64,000 nucleotides of DNA from the NCBI GenBank assembly GCA_963555825.3, contig CAUVXB020000001.1, positions 2,304,001 through 2,368,000 of the forward strand. Direction: 5' to 3'. Positions 1-10,540 of this stretch are shown one piece after another. A model generated the notes under the pieces. That model saw only the letters and a program-made list of their open reading frames with translations. It was not told where the DNA came from and made no database searches. How positions within the stretch are numbered: position 1 is the first letter of the stretch; every line of letters starts with the position of its first letter. The stretch comes from Alphaproteobacteria bacterium (GTDB taxonomy: Bacteria; Pseudomonadota; Alphaproteobacteria; JAAXGF01). The position numbers and the translations under genes were made by a program.

Positions 1-2
1 AG

Positions 3-641
3 ACGGTCGTTCGCAACATTCGCGTCATCGCGGTGTCGACACGCATCGACACGACCGTCGGCCGGCCCACTTCGGGTGATTTGTTCACGCTCGAGGCGAC
101 CCCCAAGCAGTCGCAAATACTGACCCCCGCGCCGTCCATCGGCGAAATCTCGTTCACCTTGGCGGGTGCTGGCGATGACCCATACACGCGCTCGCCGACG
201 CCGTTCACGGCGGACCTCGAGATCAGCGACGCGATGGTCGCGATGCTGCTCAGGGCCGAGGAAATCTACCGCATTCGCGAGCCTGAGCTTCCCGCCTTGC
301 CGCCGTTCAACCTGAAATATCCGCGCGTGCCCGATGTCCCGGCAATCCGCGTGCGTCGAAATCAACAAGACGCGGCGGAGAAAGCCGCGGCCGCCGCAGT
401 GACCAGCGAAGAGAACGTCGAGGAACGCGCCAAGACCGAGGCACTGGAAGCCAAGATCATTGAGCTTCAAGCCATGATGGAGGCTCAGGCCGGCGCGCAG
501 GACACAGCCATGCAGACTAAGATCGACGAGCTCCAGGCCCAGCTGGGTGGCGAGGCGGTGCCGACCGGCGATGTCGGCGGCCCCACGTCGGTAAAGGTCT
601 ACCGAGCCTCGGAGCCCACGACGATCGAGTTTTATCAGTAG
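3..641 (+). CDS. cpaB: Flp pilus assembly protein CpaB/RcpC, 5'-partial (runs off window)
   Basis: Frame open from window start: TVVRNIRVIAV...FTLEATPKQSQIL...GEISFTL resembles the RcpC C-terminal domain; directly upstream of the secretin. Confidence 0.75.
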   Translation, partial: TVVRNIRVIAVSTRIDTTVGRPTSGDLFTLEATPKQSQILTPAPSIGEISFTLAGAGDDPYTRSPTPFTADLEISDAMVAMLLRAEEIYRIREPELPALPPFNLKYPRVPDVPAIRVRRNQQDAAEKAAAAAVTSEENVEERAKTEALEAKIIELQAMMEAQAGAQDTAMQTKIDELQAQLGGEAVPTGDVGGPTSVKVYRASEPTTIEFYQ

Positions 642-645
642 TGAA

Positions 646-2130
646 GTGACGAATATGACGTACCTTCGAAGCATCATCGTCGGCCTGATCGCCGTCGTGG
701 CGCTAACCTCTTTCGTACCGGCGCGTGCGCAAGACGCGACGTTGAGCATCCTCCAAGACCAGATGGCGGTGCCCGCACCCGACGCGATCACGCTGTCGCT
801 CAACAAGGCGCGCATTATCGAACTGCCGCGGCCTGCCCGCAGCGTGCTGGTCAGCAATCCGTTGATCGCCGACGTGATGATCCGCACGCCGCAGCAGCTT
901 TATGTGCTGGGCCAGCAGATCGGCGACACCAACGTCTTCGTCCTTGACGATGATGGCCGCCAAATCCTCCAACTCGAAATTCGTGTCGAGCTCGATCTCA
1001 CCGGTTTGCGCCAGGCGTTCGTGAACATCATGCCAGGCGAGCGGGTCGAGGCGACCGCGGTCAACGCGAATATCGTTCTGACCGGTACGGTGCGCTCGTC
1101 GCAGGCGGCCGAGAACGCGCGGCTCCTGGCGCGACGGTTCGTCGACGACGACGACCAGATCATCAACATGCTGCGCATCGCGGCAGACCACCAGGTGATG
1201 TTGCGCGTGCGCATCGCCGAGATGGACCGCAGTGTTGGCAAGGATCTGGGCTTCAACACGACGATCGGGCTTCGCACCGGATTCGGCGGGAAGGACGGCA
1301 AGACGACGGCCACCGTGGATTCGGGTTTCGGCACGGGCCTTGGCAGCGCTGCTGCTGTCGGCACACTTTCTGGAAACACGGCCGGCTTTGCCACGATGAA
1401 CCTATTCCTGGGCACCTTCTTCGAAACGCTGAACGCGACGATCGACGCCCTCGAGAGCCAGGGGCTGGTCAACACCCTCACGCAACCGACCCTGGTGGCC
1501 ATTTCCGGGGAAAACGCAAATCTTCTGGTCGGTGGCGAATTTCCGGTGCCGATTTCGTTTACAGTGACCGAAGGGGGGCTCCCGATTCAGGAGATCGAAA
1601 TCAAGGAGTTCGGCATCCTGCTGACCTTCACGCCGGTCGTGCTCAGCTCGGGGTTGATCAGCCTCAAGCTTTCGACTGAAGTGAGTTCGCTCACCGACAT
1701 CGGCTCGTTCACGCCGGCGACGGGCGCCCTGCAGGTGGCTAGTAGTGCGATTCCAGCGCTCGACGTGCGCAGGGCCGAAACGACGGTCGAGCTGCCGAGC
1801 GGCGGCGGCATCGTCATCGCCGGGCTGCTGCAGGACGACATCCGCAGTGCCGTCCAGGGGTTCCCGGGTCTGAAGGACATTCCGGTGCTCGGCACCCTGT
1901 TCCGCAGCAACAGTTTCCAGAAAGGCGAGACCGAGTTGGTGGTCATGGTCAGTGCCTATCTGGTGAAGTCCGTGTCCGGGCGTGAATTTGCGTTGCCGGG
2001 CGACGGTTTCGTCTCGTCGAACGACTTCGACCTGTATCTGTTGGGCCGTCTGCACGCGGTTTACGCGAAGACAGACTTGCCGCCTCCGATCGAGCCGCTT
2101 CAGGGCCCGATCGGCTATATCATGGAGTAG
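646..2130 (+). CDS. cpaC: Tad/Flp pilus secretin CpaC/RcpA
   Basis: Signal peptide, pilus N-terminal domain (VLVSNPLIADV), BON-like domain, secretin motifs (GGEFPVP, FPGLKDIPVLGTLFRS, ETELVV). Confidence 0.95.
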   Translation: MTNMTYLRSIIVGLIAVVALTSFVPARAQDATLSILQDQMAVPAPDAITLSLNKARIIELPRPARSVLVSNPLIADVMIRTPQQLYVLGQQIGDTNVFVLDDDGRQILQLEIRVELDLTGLRQAFVNIMPGERVEATAVNANIVLTGTVRSSQAAENARLLARRFVDDDDQIINMLRIAADHQVMLRVRIAEMDRSVGKDLGFNTTIGLRTGFGGKDGKTTATVDSGFGTGLGSAAAVGTLSGNTAGFATMNLFLGTFFETLNATIDALESQGLVNTLTQPTLVAISGENANLLVGGEFPVPISFTVTEGGLPIQEIEIKEFGILLTFTPVVLSSGLISLKLSTEVSSLTDIGSFTPATGALQVASSAIPALDVRRAETTVELPSGGGIVIAGLLQDDIRSAVQGFPGLKDIPVLGTLFRSNSFQKGETELVVMVSAYLVKSVSGREFALPGDGFVSSNDFDLYLLGRLHAVYAKTDLPPPIEPLQGPIGYIME

Positions 2131-2135
2131 AGAGC

Positions 2136-2243
2136 ATGGCGCGTGTAATTCCGAGTCCTGGTCGTGCTGCCGGTATTCTCGCGGTTGGCGCCGTGTTGCT
2201 GCTCGGCGCCGCCTGCACGACGCCCGACTACTACACGGTCTGA
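2136..2243 (+). pseudogene. 5' stub of CpaD-like pilus lipoprotein truncated by IS21
   Basis: MARVIPSPGRAAGILAVGAVLLLGAAC-TTPDYYTV has a lipobox-like Cys; starts 5 nt after cpaC; its stop TGA is the first 3 nt of the IS21 end. Confidence 0.6.
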
Positions 2244-2358
2244 GAACGGCAGAGCAATAATCCCCCACTGAAGCGGCCGGTCGATCCGGCTGCGGCGGAC
2301 CAAAATGGGACCGCGTATAGCCTTCTGTCAGGGTTGCTCTGACTGGAAGGCGGGGGGG

Positions 2359-3858
2359 ATGTATCGGGTGGAGTTGTACGCACGGGTTCGGCGGGCGTGT
2401 CATGTCGAGGGGATGAGCACCCGCGAGGCCTCGCGGGTGTTTGGTGTAGACCGCAAGACGGTCCGTAAGATGCTGTCGTTCTCGGTGCCGCCAGGGTATC
2501 GCCGAAGCGCGCCGCCGAGGCGGCCAAAGCTGGGTCCGTTCACGGGAATCATCGATCGGATCTTGGAAGACGATCGGACCAGCCACCGCAAGCAACGGCA
2601 CACTGCGAAGCGCATCTTCGACCGCCTCCGGGACGAGTACGGTTTCACGGGCGGCTACACCATCGTGAAGGACTACGTTCGTGAGCAGGGGCTTCGGTCG
2701 CGTGAGGTGTTCGTGCCACTCTCCCATTCCCCCGGTCACGCCCAGGCGGACTTCGGCGAAGCGATGGCGGTGATCGGCGGCGCGTTACGGAAGATCCACT
2801 TCCTTGCCTTCGACCTTCCCCACAGTGATGGTTGCTTTGTTGCGGCCTATCCGGCGGAGACGACCGAAGCATTCTGCGATGGCCACAACGCGGCGTTTGC
2901 CTTCTTCGGCGGCGTCCCCCGATCCATCCTGTACGACAACACCAAGCTGGCGGTTGCCCGGATCCTGGGCGATGGGAAGCGGCAGCGAACGCGCGTCTTC
3001 ACGGAGCTTCAGTCCCACTATCTGTTCGAGGACAGGTTCGGCCGGCCGGGCAAGGGCAACGACAAGGGCAAGGTCGAGGGACTGGTCGGCTTCATCCGGC
3101 GGAACTTCCTGGTCCCCGTCCCGCGTGCCGAGAGCTTCGCGGCCCTCAACGATGCTCTCGCCGAACAGTGCCGCCGGCGCCAGGCGGCGCGGCTGCGGGG
3201 CCACAAGGAGACCATCGGCGAGCGTCTCGAGCGGGATCGTCAAGTTCTCTTGCCATTGCCGCCTGCTCCCTATGATGCCTGCGATAAGCGCCCTGGACGG
3301 GCGAGTTCGCTGTCGCTGGTGCGTTACCGCAGCAACGACTATTCCGTGCCCGTGGCCTACGGCCACCGTGAGGTGCTCATCCGGGGCTACGTCGATGAGG
3401 TGGTGATCAGCTGCGGGGCCGAGGTGATCGCCCGGCACCGCCGGTCCTACGACAGCGAGGACCTGATCTTCGACCCGCTGCATTACCTGCCCTTGATCGA
3501 GCAGAAGATCGGCGCCCTCGACCAGGCCGCGCCATTGGCGGGCTGGGACCTGCCCGAGGCCTTCATCACTCTGCGGCGGCTCCTCGAAGCTCGTATGGGC
3601 AAGGCAGGCAAGCGCGAGTACGTCCAGGTGCTCCGTCTACTGGAGACCTTCCGGCTCGAGGAGGTCGAGGGTGCGGTCGGCGACGCCCTGCGGCTCGGCG
3701 CAATCGGCTTTGATGCGGTGAAGCACCTGGTACTGTGCCGCATCGAGCGGCGGCCGCCCAGGCTCAACCTCGACGTCTATCCGTATCTGCCGCGCGCCCG
3801 GGTCGCGATGACGTCCGCCAAGTCGTACATGAGCCTGCTGTCGGGGCTCGGCGCATGA
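2359..3858 (+). CDS. istA: IS21 transposase IstA
   Basis: HTH, QADFG, ILYDN, KGKVE DDE motifs. Confidence 0.95.
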   Translation: MYRVELYARVRRACHVEGMSTREASRVFGVDRKTVRKMLSFSVPPGYRRSAPPRRPKLGPFTGIIDRILEDDRTSHRKQRHTAKRIFDRLRDEYGFTGGYTIVKDYVREQGLRSREVFVPLSHSPGHAQADFGEAMAVIGGALRKIHFLAFDLPHSDGCFVAAYPAETTEAFCDGHNAAFAFFGGVPRSILYDNTKLAVARILGDGKRQRTRVFTELQSHYLFEDRFGRPGKGNDKGKVEGLVGFIRRNFLVPVPRAESFAALNDALAEQCRRRQAARLRGHKETIGERLERDRQVLLPLPPAPYDACDKRPGRASSLSLVRYRSNDYSVPVAYGHREVLIRGYVDEVVISCGAEVIARHRRSYDSEDLIFDPLHYLPLIEQKIGALDQAAPLAGWDLPEAFITLRRLLEARMGKAGKREYVQVLRLLETFRLEEVEGAVGDALRLGAIGFDAVKHLVLCRIERRPPRLNLDVYPYLPRARVAMTSAKSYMSLLSGLGA

Positions 3859-4619
3859 CCGACACACCGCAAGTGCTGCTCGCCCACCACCTCAAGACGC
3901 TGAAGCTGCCGACCTTCCTGCGCGAGTACGACAAGATCGCCCGGCAGTGCGCCTCGGAAGGCGTCGATCACGTCCGCTACCTGTTGAGACTCGCCGAGCT
4001 CGAGCTGATCGACCGCGAGCGCCGCATGGTCGAGCGGCGCATCAAGGCGGCGCGCTTCCCCGTGGTCAAGAGCCTCGACAGCTTCGACTTCAAGGTCATC
4101 CCCTCGCTCAACAAGGCGCTGGTCCTGGAGCTGGCCCGCTGCGAGTACATCGAGCGCCGCGAGAACCTCATCGCGCTCGGCAACAGTGGGACCGGCAAGA
4201 CCCACATCGCCCTCGGTCTCGGCCTGGCGGCCTGCCAGAAGGGCCTCTCGGTCGGCTTCATCACCGCCGCCGCGCTGGTCCACGAACTCATCGAGGCCCG
4301 CGATGACAAGCAGCTGCTGAGGTTCCAGAAGAAGCTCGCCACCTACAAGCTTCTGATCGTCGACGAACTCGGCTTCGTGCCGCTGTCGAAGACCGGCGCC
4401 GAGCTGTTGTTCGAGGTGTTCAGCCAACGCTACGAGCGGGGCTCGACCCTGGTCACCACCAATCTGCCCTTCGACGAATGGACCGAGGTGTTCGGCTCCG
4501 AGCGCCTCACCGGCGCGCTCCTCGATCGCCTCACCCACCACGTCAACATCCTCGAGATGAACGGTGACAGCTACAGGCTCAACCAGAGCCGCAGGCGTCA
4601 AACCCCGACTGCTAACTGA
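3855..4619 (+). CDS. istB: IS21 helper ATPase IstB
   Basis: Walker A GNSGTGKT, Walker B LLIVDELG, LLDRLTHH; ATGA overlap with istA. Confidence 0.95.
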   Translation: MTDTPQVLLAHHLKTLKLPTFLREYDKIARQCASEGVDHVRYLLRLAELELIDRERRMVERRIKAARFPVVKSLDSFDFKVIPSLNKALVLELARCEYIERRENLIALGNSGTGKTHIALGLGLAACQKGLSVGFITAAALVHELIEARDDKQLLRFQKKLATYKLLIVDELGFVPLSKTGAELLFEVFSQRYERGSTLVTTNLPFDEWTEVFGSERLTGALLDRLTHHVNILEMNGDSYRLNQSRRRQTPTAN

Positions 4620-4810
4620 ACCGACCACCCAGCCCACGCTTGACCCCGTGGGCCCACAGGTCCCTCCCGCGCGCGCCGCCGCGTCAGCCTGTTGAGGGCA
4701 CGCCGCGTCGCGCGCGGGGCCCTCCCGTGGACTACGGGGACAAGCCCGCAGCCGCCAAGCGGTCCCTTCTTACACCGCCGAGGTGGTCCCTTTTTGCTCC
4801 GCCATTGACA

Positions 4811-5136
4811 CCCATCAAAATACCGGTGACGCGCGTCCAGTCGGGCACCAGCATCCAGCACCAGATTACGACCACGATCGCGGCGACCTCGATGAGCGGA
4901 TAGAAAGCGGGGACCGCCGTGCCGCAATAGCGGCAACGGCCCCGGCTGGCGATCCAGTTGACGACAGGCAGCAGATCGATGGCGCCCAGCGTGTGGCCAC
5001 AACTGTCGCACGCCGAACGGGGCAGGACGACGCTTTGCCCTTCAGGAACGCGCAGCACCACGGTACCCAGGTGGCTGCCTGTGATGGGCGCGATGGCGAG
5101 CGTGAAAATCGAAGCGACGAGGAGTGGATCGGTCAT
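4811..5136 (-). pseudogene. Prepilin peptidase (PilD/A24 N-terminal domain), 3'-truncated by IS21
   Basis: GSHLGTVVLRVP...PRSACDSC...DLLPVVNW...RGRCRYC...YPLIE Zn-binding domain; peptidase domain missing at the IS boundary. Confidence 0.85.
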
Positions 5137-5320
5137 TCGGCACCGTGATTTCTTGTCGGGTAATCCACAGTGGCCAACTTGCATGCTGCCAACCCGCGCT
5201 TCAAGTCGATTACGTCGTTTCGGTCGCGATTGTCGGCCGGGGTCGACGAATCACGGTGACGCAACAGGGCTTTTACGCGAGAATGCTCCCGATTTCAGGC
5301 GTCCCAGGAGATGGAATTCG

Positions 5321-5653
5321 ATGAGCGAGAACGTCGGCACCGATTGGCATCTGGTCGCCAAGACGAGCGAAGTCACCGAGGACGAGCCCAAGGCGGTTCG
5401 CGTTGGCGACCATTTGATCGCGTTGTTCAGTTTGGACGGTGAATATTTTGCCACGCACGACATCTGCACCCACGAATTCGCTTCCCTCTCCGAGGGCTTC
5501 GTCGACGGCGACGTCATCGAATGCCCGCTTCACGCCGGCACTTTCGATATCCGCACCGGCAAGGCCATGTCGCCGCCGGTGACAGAGGACCTCCGTACCT
5601 ATTCGGTCAAGGTCGAGGGCGACGACATCTACGTCGCGGTCGAAACGGGTTGA
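5321..5653 (+). CDS. Rieske-type [2Fe-2S] ferredoxin (dioxygenase ferredoxin subunit)
   Basis: CTH...CPLHAGTFD Rieske motif, 110 aa. Confidence 0.92.
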   Translation: MSENVGTDWHLVAKTSEVTEDEPKAVRVGDHLIALFSLDGEYFATHDICTHEFASLSEGFVDGDVIECPLHAGTFDIRTGKAMSPPVTEDLRTYSVKVEGDDIYVAVETG

Positions 5654-5693
5654 GCGCGGGCCGTCTGGCCGACAGCGTCGGGATGCCATCGGT

Positions 5694-6926
5694 ATGACGT
5701 CACAAGAGACATTCGTCGTAATCGGCGCCGGCCAGGCAGGCGGCCGCGCGGTCGAGGCAATGCGCACCGAGGGCTTCGATGGCCGCATCGTACTGGTCGG
5801 CGCCGAGGCCCATGTCCCCTATGAACGGCCGCCACTGTCGAAGCAGCTGCTGATCTCCGACGACGAGGAGCCGGCGCGCACCTATATTCATGGCGCAGAC
5901 TTCTACCGCGAAAAGGACATCGATCTACGCCTCGGCGTGCAGGCGACGCACATCGACCGCGACGCAAGACGCGTCACCCTGTCGGACGGCGATACGCTCG
6001 ACTACTCGAAGCTGCTTTTGACCACCGGCTCGAAGCTGCGCCGCCTGTCGATTCCGGGAAGCGGTCTCGCCAGCATCCATTATCTGCGCAATATCGAGGA
6101 GTCGCTCGCCATTCGGAGTGAACTCACGGTCGACGCCGCGCTGGTCGTCGTCGGCGGCGGGTACATCGGGCTCGAGGTCGCTGCCGCGGCGCGCACGCGA
6201 GGCTGCCGCGTCACCGTCATCGAGATGGAAGAAGTCGTGATGAACCGGGTGGTCGCGCCCGAGATCGGGCGCTTCTTCGCTGAGGTACACCGCGCGCAAG
6301 GCGTCGATATCCGTACCGGCGAGGGCGTCGCCGGTTTCGACGGCGAGGACCGCGTCACGGCCGTCGTCGGCGCTAGCGGCACCCGGTACCCCGCCGATCT
6401 CGTCGTCGTCGGCGTCGGCATCCTGGCCGAAACCAGCCTCGCCGAAGCCGCCGGGCTGGAAGTCACCAACGGGGTCGACGTCGATGAATTCGGCCAGACG
6501 TCCGATCCCGACATCTTCGCCGCCGGGGACGTCGCCAACCAGCCGTCGCCCATCGGCATCCGGCGATGGCGGCTCGAGTCGTGGCGGAATGCCCAGAACC
6601 AGGCGATCGCGGTGGCCCGCGTCATGTGCGGCACGAGAACGCCCTATGCCGAGACCCCCTGGTTCTGGTCCGACCAATATGATCTCAACCTACAGATGAC
6701 GGGGCTCACCGACAGCTGGGACCGGCTGGTCTTTCGCGGCGATCCCGCGGACCGCAAGTTCACGGCTTTCTACATGGCGGCCGACAGGGTGGTGATGGCG
6801 AACGCAGTGAACGCGCCGCGTGAACTGCGGTTCGCCCGCATGCTGATCGAGGCTGCCGCACCCGTCGCGGACGCGGCACTGGCCGACCCGGCGGTGCCCC
6901 TGAAATCGCTCCTTCCGGCAGGCTGA
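5694..6926 (+). CDS. FAD-dependent ferredoxin reductase
   Basis: GAGQAG, YERPPLSK, GGGYIGLE, AAGDVA, PWFWSDQYD. Confidence 0.93.
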   Translation: MTSQETFVVIGAGQAGGRAVEAMRTEGFDGRIVLVGAEAHVPYERPPLSKQLLISDDEEPARTYIHGADFYREKDIDLRLGVQATHIDRDARRVTLSDGDTLDYSKLLLTTGSKLRRLSIPGSGLASIHYLRNIEESLAIRSELTVDAALVVVGGGYIGLEVAAAARTRGCRVTVIEMEEVVMNRVVAPEIGRFFAEVHRAQGVDIRTGEGVAGFDGEDRVTAVVGASGTRYPADLVVVGVGILAETSLAEAAGLEVTNGVDVDEFGQTSDPDIFAAGDVANQPSPIGIRRWRLESWRNAQNQAIAVARVMCGTRTPYAETPWFWSDQYDLNLQMTGLTDSWDRLVFRGDPADRKFTAFYMAADRVVMANAVNAPRELRFARMLIEAAAPVADAALADPAVPLKSLLPAG

Positions 6927-6933
6927 CCGCCGG

Positions 6934-8177
6934 TCAGGGCGCGATCAACAGGCAGGGCTGGTTGTTGCTGTGGATCTTGGTGCAGAGATCGGCGGCAACG
7001 AACTCGCTGTCGACCGGACCGACGCGCACACGATAGTTGCCCGTTGCCCCGCCATCCTCGATCCGCAAGACTTGGAACCTTAATCCCCTGAGCAGATCGT
7101 TGTGCGTATTGCGCAAGAGGCTCGAACCACTGATCGCGGCATCCTCCGTCGTAAAGGCGCCAAGTTCGATCATGAAACCGTCCTCGACCACCGTCACGGC
7201 GGGCGGCAGCACGGCAACGTCAATTTCCTGTTTCTCGATGACGACGGGCACCGTCATCACGGTCGGCACCGAGGGCGGCTGCGACGTTATCGCCACTACC
7301 GGCAGCTGGGCGTTGGTCGCGCCACTGATCGTCACCGTCGAGGACGACGAGGATGCCGCGGCGGTCGTCGGATTGATCAGCTGGTAGTAACGAAGGTTGT
7401 GCTGCACGATCGCGGTCGATAGGTCGCGCTTCAGCAACCGCTCAGCAGCGTCGAGGTCGCCCTTCATGGCATAAAGCAGCGCTAGGTTCTGACGCACCTG
7501 AACCCGGAACCGCGAAGCCGTGCCGCGCGCTCGAGCGTCGTGATGCCGCCCGCGAGGTTGCCGCTCAGCGTCATCGACAACGCCAAATTGTTGAGCACGC
7601 TGACCGCGTCCGGCGACACCACGAGCGCCGCATTATAGCGTTTCTGTGCCTTCACGGGATCACCGGTCACGTCGTGGGCGATGCCGAGCGCCGACAGCGC
7701 GCGCCAGTCGCTGGGCGCCCGGGTCACCACGTCGGACAAGGTCGCGATCGCCTCGCGGCTCAAGCCCGCCGCCAATTGCGCCTTGCCGAGTTCCGCCTTG
7801 AGGTCGAGCCGCGACGGATTCTTCTGGAGGGACGCCGTCAGTATGCGGACCGCTTCGCCCGCCTGGCCAGAGAGCCGGAGATTGCGCGCCAAGCCGATGG
7901 CCGCGCTTATATCGCTGGGATTGCGCGCCTGCAGATTCTGGTAGTAGCCGGTTGCCGCCTGGTAGTCGTTGGCGCTCTGGGAACGCTCGGCGGCGCTGCG
8001 CAGGAAGTTGCTGATAGGTTCGTCGATCTTCGGTGGTTCAGTCACCGCGACTTCGACGCTTTCCTCGGCGTCAGTCGTTATGATGCATGCCGAGAGCGTC
8101 AGCGCAAGGGCAACCGCCCAGGCCGACATGCCACAGGCGCGCAGAACGCGACGTGTCGATCCACTCGCATCAGACAT
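6934..8177 (-). CDS. TadD-like TPR lipoprotein with C-terminal SPOR domain (frameshift near 7500)
   Basis: LTLSAC lipobox, TPR repeats, VLNNLALS...VRQNLAL TadD motifs, SPOR-like C-terminus; one extra G in a G-run rejoins the two ORFs. Confidence 0.8.
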
Positions 8178-8347
8178 CGGTAATTGAATTTGATTCGGCA
8201 CTTCGGTCTGCTTCTGAATATGCATGGCGCCCGCGCGGACTATATCGGGGTGCGATTCGTCGGGCAAGCGTGTCGACCGCCGGGAGGCGTCGGTGGAAAC
8301 GAGACGCCGCGCATGAGTGGTTGCCGTGTCCACGGCGGTGATTCCAA

Positions 8348-8952
8348 TCACTCGACCAACTCACCTGACTTGTATTTACAACGGCTGCGTTCACCGTCAG
8401 CCGTTGTGCACTTGCCCTTGCCGTTTGGTTTTCCCTTGTAAAACTGCCCTTCGAAACCAGTGCCGTCGGCCCATTTCATGATGCCGAATCCGTGGCGCCG
8501 GTCGTCCCGCCATCTACCTTTGTAGTGTCGACCGTCGGCCCAGGCCATGACGCCCCGACCGTACATCCGATCGTTGCTCCAGTCGCCTTCACAACGACTG
8601 CCGTCAGGCAAGACCATGACGCCGCGGCCATCGCGCTTGTCGTTGCGCCAGGCACCATCGTAGCTGCCGCCGTCGGCCAATTGCATCGTCCCCTTGCCCT
8701 GCCGCCTACCGTTCACCAGCGAACCCTCGAACCGATCGGTTTTTTGCCATTGAGTATCCATTGGACGACGCCCGGTCCCTGGGCGATGTCCGCCACCTCG
8801 CAGTTGCCGTTCCATAGAACGCGCTGATCGGGTTGCGGGTTCTCGTTCCAGACGAGGCAGTAGGTGCGCGTGTCGGGGATCCATTCTCCGGCGCTGGCCA
8901 CCGTGCCGTTCAAGCCGACAAACACCGAAAAGAGCCATACCAATCGGTTCAT
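8348..8952 (-). CDS. Secreted MORN-repeat protein (frameshift at homopolymer 8740-8745)
   Basis: Signal peptide, WNGNC...AQGPG domain, then YxGxWxxDxxxGxGxMxxADG repeats in the adjacent frame. Confidence 0.8.
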
Positions 8953-9179
8953 GAATATTCTCACCGTGTGATTCGCGTTTCGCCGATTGTAGCACGACAG
9001 GCCGGGTGCGCAGTAGGGGCCGCTTTGCGATCCGGGGCACATTGCAGTATCCACGTCCGGTTCATCGCCCTTGTTTACAGCGATCCGTGCCAATGATTTC
9101 CGTGCTTTAGGCTGCGTCCCTGTTATGTTACAGTCAATACTGTCTGTATCGCACCCGGTTCCTTGGACACAAGTTTGTC

Positions 9180-10091
9180 TCATGCGGCGGGCCTGAGTGA
9201 CATCGCGGTGTGCCACGCCTGACGAGCTTGAGCGGGGCTCAGGTAGCCGTTCTTCTCCACGATCCACTGGGCATTGTACTGTTCGACGAACCCGCGGACG
9301 GCGTTCCGCAGCTCCGCGATGTTGCGGTAGATGCGGCCATGGATGATCTGTTCCTTGAGCGTGCGATTGAACCTCTCGGCGACGCCGTTGGTCTGGGGCT
9401 GTTCGACGAAGGCGTAGGACGGCTGGATGCCCCAGAACTTGATCTGGTTGGTGAAGTGGTCCGACAGATACTGGGAGCCGTGATCCATCCGCAAGGCCAG
9501 CCCCCGCGCCGCACCGGCGGAGGTCGAGGCATACAGCCTCGCAAGCCCCATGGAGATCGGCTGAAGGGCGGCGAAGCGGTCGCCTCGCTTGCACACATGC
9601 CAGCCGACGCACTCGGCGTTCCAATGCTCGATGGCGGTGAATATCCAGCCCCAGCCGTCGTCCACCGTGAACACCCGAACGCCGTCCGTGCCCCACATGA
9701 GGTTGGGGGCATGGGTGATGATCTCACCGACATGGGGATTTCCGCCACGGCGGCGGCAGCGATGGGGCGAGAGCAGGTTGTTCTCGCGCATCACCCGGAG
9801 CCCCCGCTTGCGGGAAACACGGATGCCACGACAGACCCGAAGCCGAGCCCAGACCTTGCGGTGTCCCTCGCCCTCCCAGGGGGATGCCTCCAGGTCGGCC
9901 TCGATGGCCACCAGCAGAGCCTCGTCCGAGATCGAGGGCTTCGGTCCCCGGCGCTTTGCTGGTGGGCGCTCAGCGGTGGCCTGCTGCCGGGATTTCATGG
10001 CGTAGAACGAGGAACGGGCAAAACCCCAGGCCGCACAGACCCGCTGGAGGCCGTAGGCCAAACCCGTGCCGGGAGAGGTGGCGGCACTCAT
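9180..10091 (-). CDS. IS3-like transposase OrfB (rve integrase core), copy 1
   Basis: WGTDG, MDHGSQY, NGVAERFNRTLKE. Confidence 0.9.
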   Translation of the reverse strand: MSAATSPGTGLAYGLQRVCAAWGFARSSFYAMKSRQQATAERPPAKRRGPKPSISDEALLVAIEADLEASPWEGEGHRKVWARLRVCRGIRVSRKRGLRVMRENNLLSPHRCRRRGGNPHVGEIITHAPNLMWGTDGVRVFTVDDGWGWIFTAIEHWNAECVGWHVCKRGDRFAALQPISMGLARLYASTSAGAARGLALRMDHGSQYLSDHFTNQIKFWGIQPSYAFVEQPQTNGVAERFNRTLKEQIIHGRIYRNIAELRNAVRGFVEQYNAQWIVEKNGYLSPAQARQAWHTAMSLRPAA

Positions 10092-10490
10092 CGCCGCGAC
10101 CTCCGCCGCCCCAAAGGGCCGGACGTCTCCGTCTTGGCCTCCAGCAGTTCCACCTGCATGATCAACTCCCCGATCCGCTTCATGGCGATGTCCAGTTCCG
10201 CCTTCACCGGATCGCCCTTGCGTTCCTTGAGCGAGGCATCGATCCCGGCGATCGCCTTCTCACGCCACTGCTCGAGCCGGAAAATCTCCACGCCCAACTG
10301 CCGCGACAAAAGTTCCACCGGCTCGCCACGCAAAAGCCGCAGGGCAACCTCACGCTTGCGCGTCACCGTCCACCGCTGGCCAAGTCCCAGAGGGCCTGCC
10401 GGCGAAACCTGGCCCGGGGAAAAGTGGACGAGCCGGCTCGCCCTCGTTTACCACAGGCCATCCGCAACTTTGTTCTCAAAATTGTCGGTC
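10088..10490 (-). pseudogene. IS OrfA copy 1, 5' part corrupted
   Basis: 3' part matches OrfA at 11379-11810; 5' part has small deletions. Confidence 0.7.
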
Positions 10491-10540
10491 ACACTCCTTG
10501 GACACTTCGATGCCAAGGAAACGACACCCGACCTTGGAAG

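Larger units (their letters stand above)
2241..4810 (+). mobile_element. IS21-family insertion sequence
   Basis: istA-istB; imperfect terminal IRs TGAGAACGGCAGAGCAATAA / TGTCAATGGCGGAGCAAAAA; repeated GGTCCC-containing subterminal motifs; no flanking direct repeat. Confidence 0.92.

Noticed and set aside
7490-8750. Frameshifts in the TadD-like and MORN genes as phase variation
   Set aside because: Short homopolymers and several similar indels across the window point to long-read error
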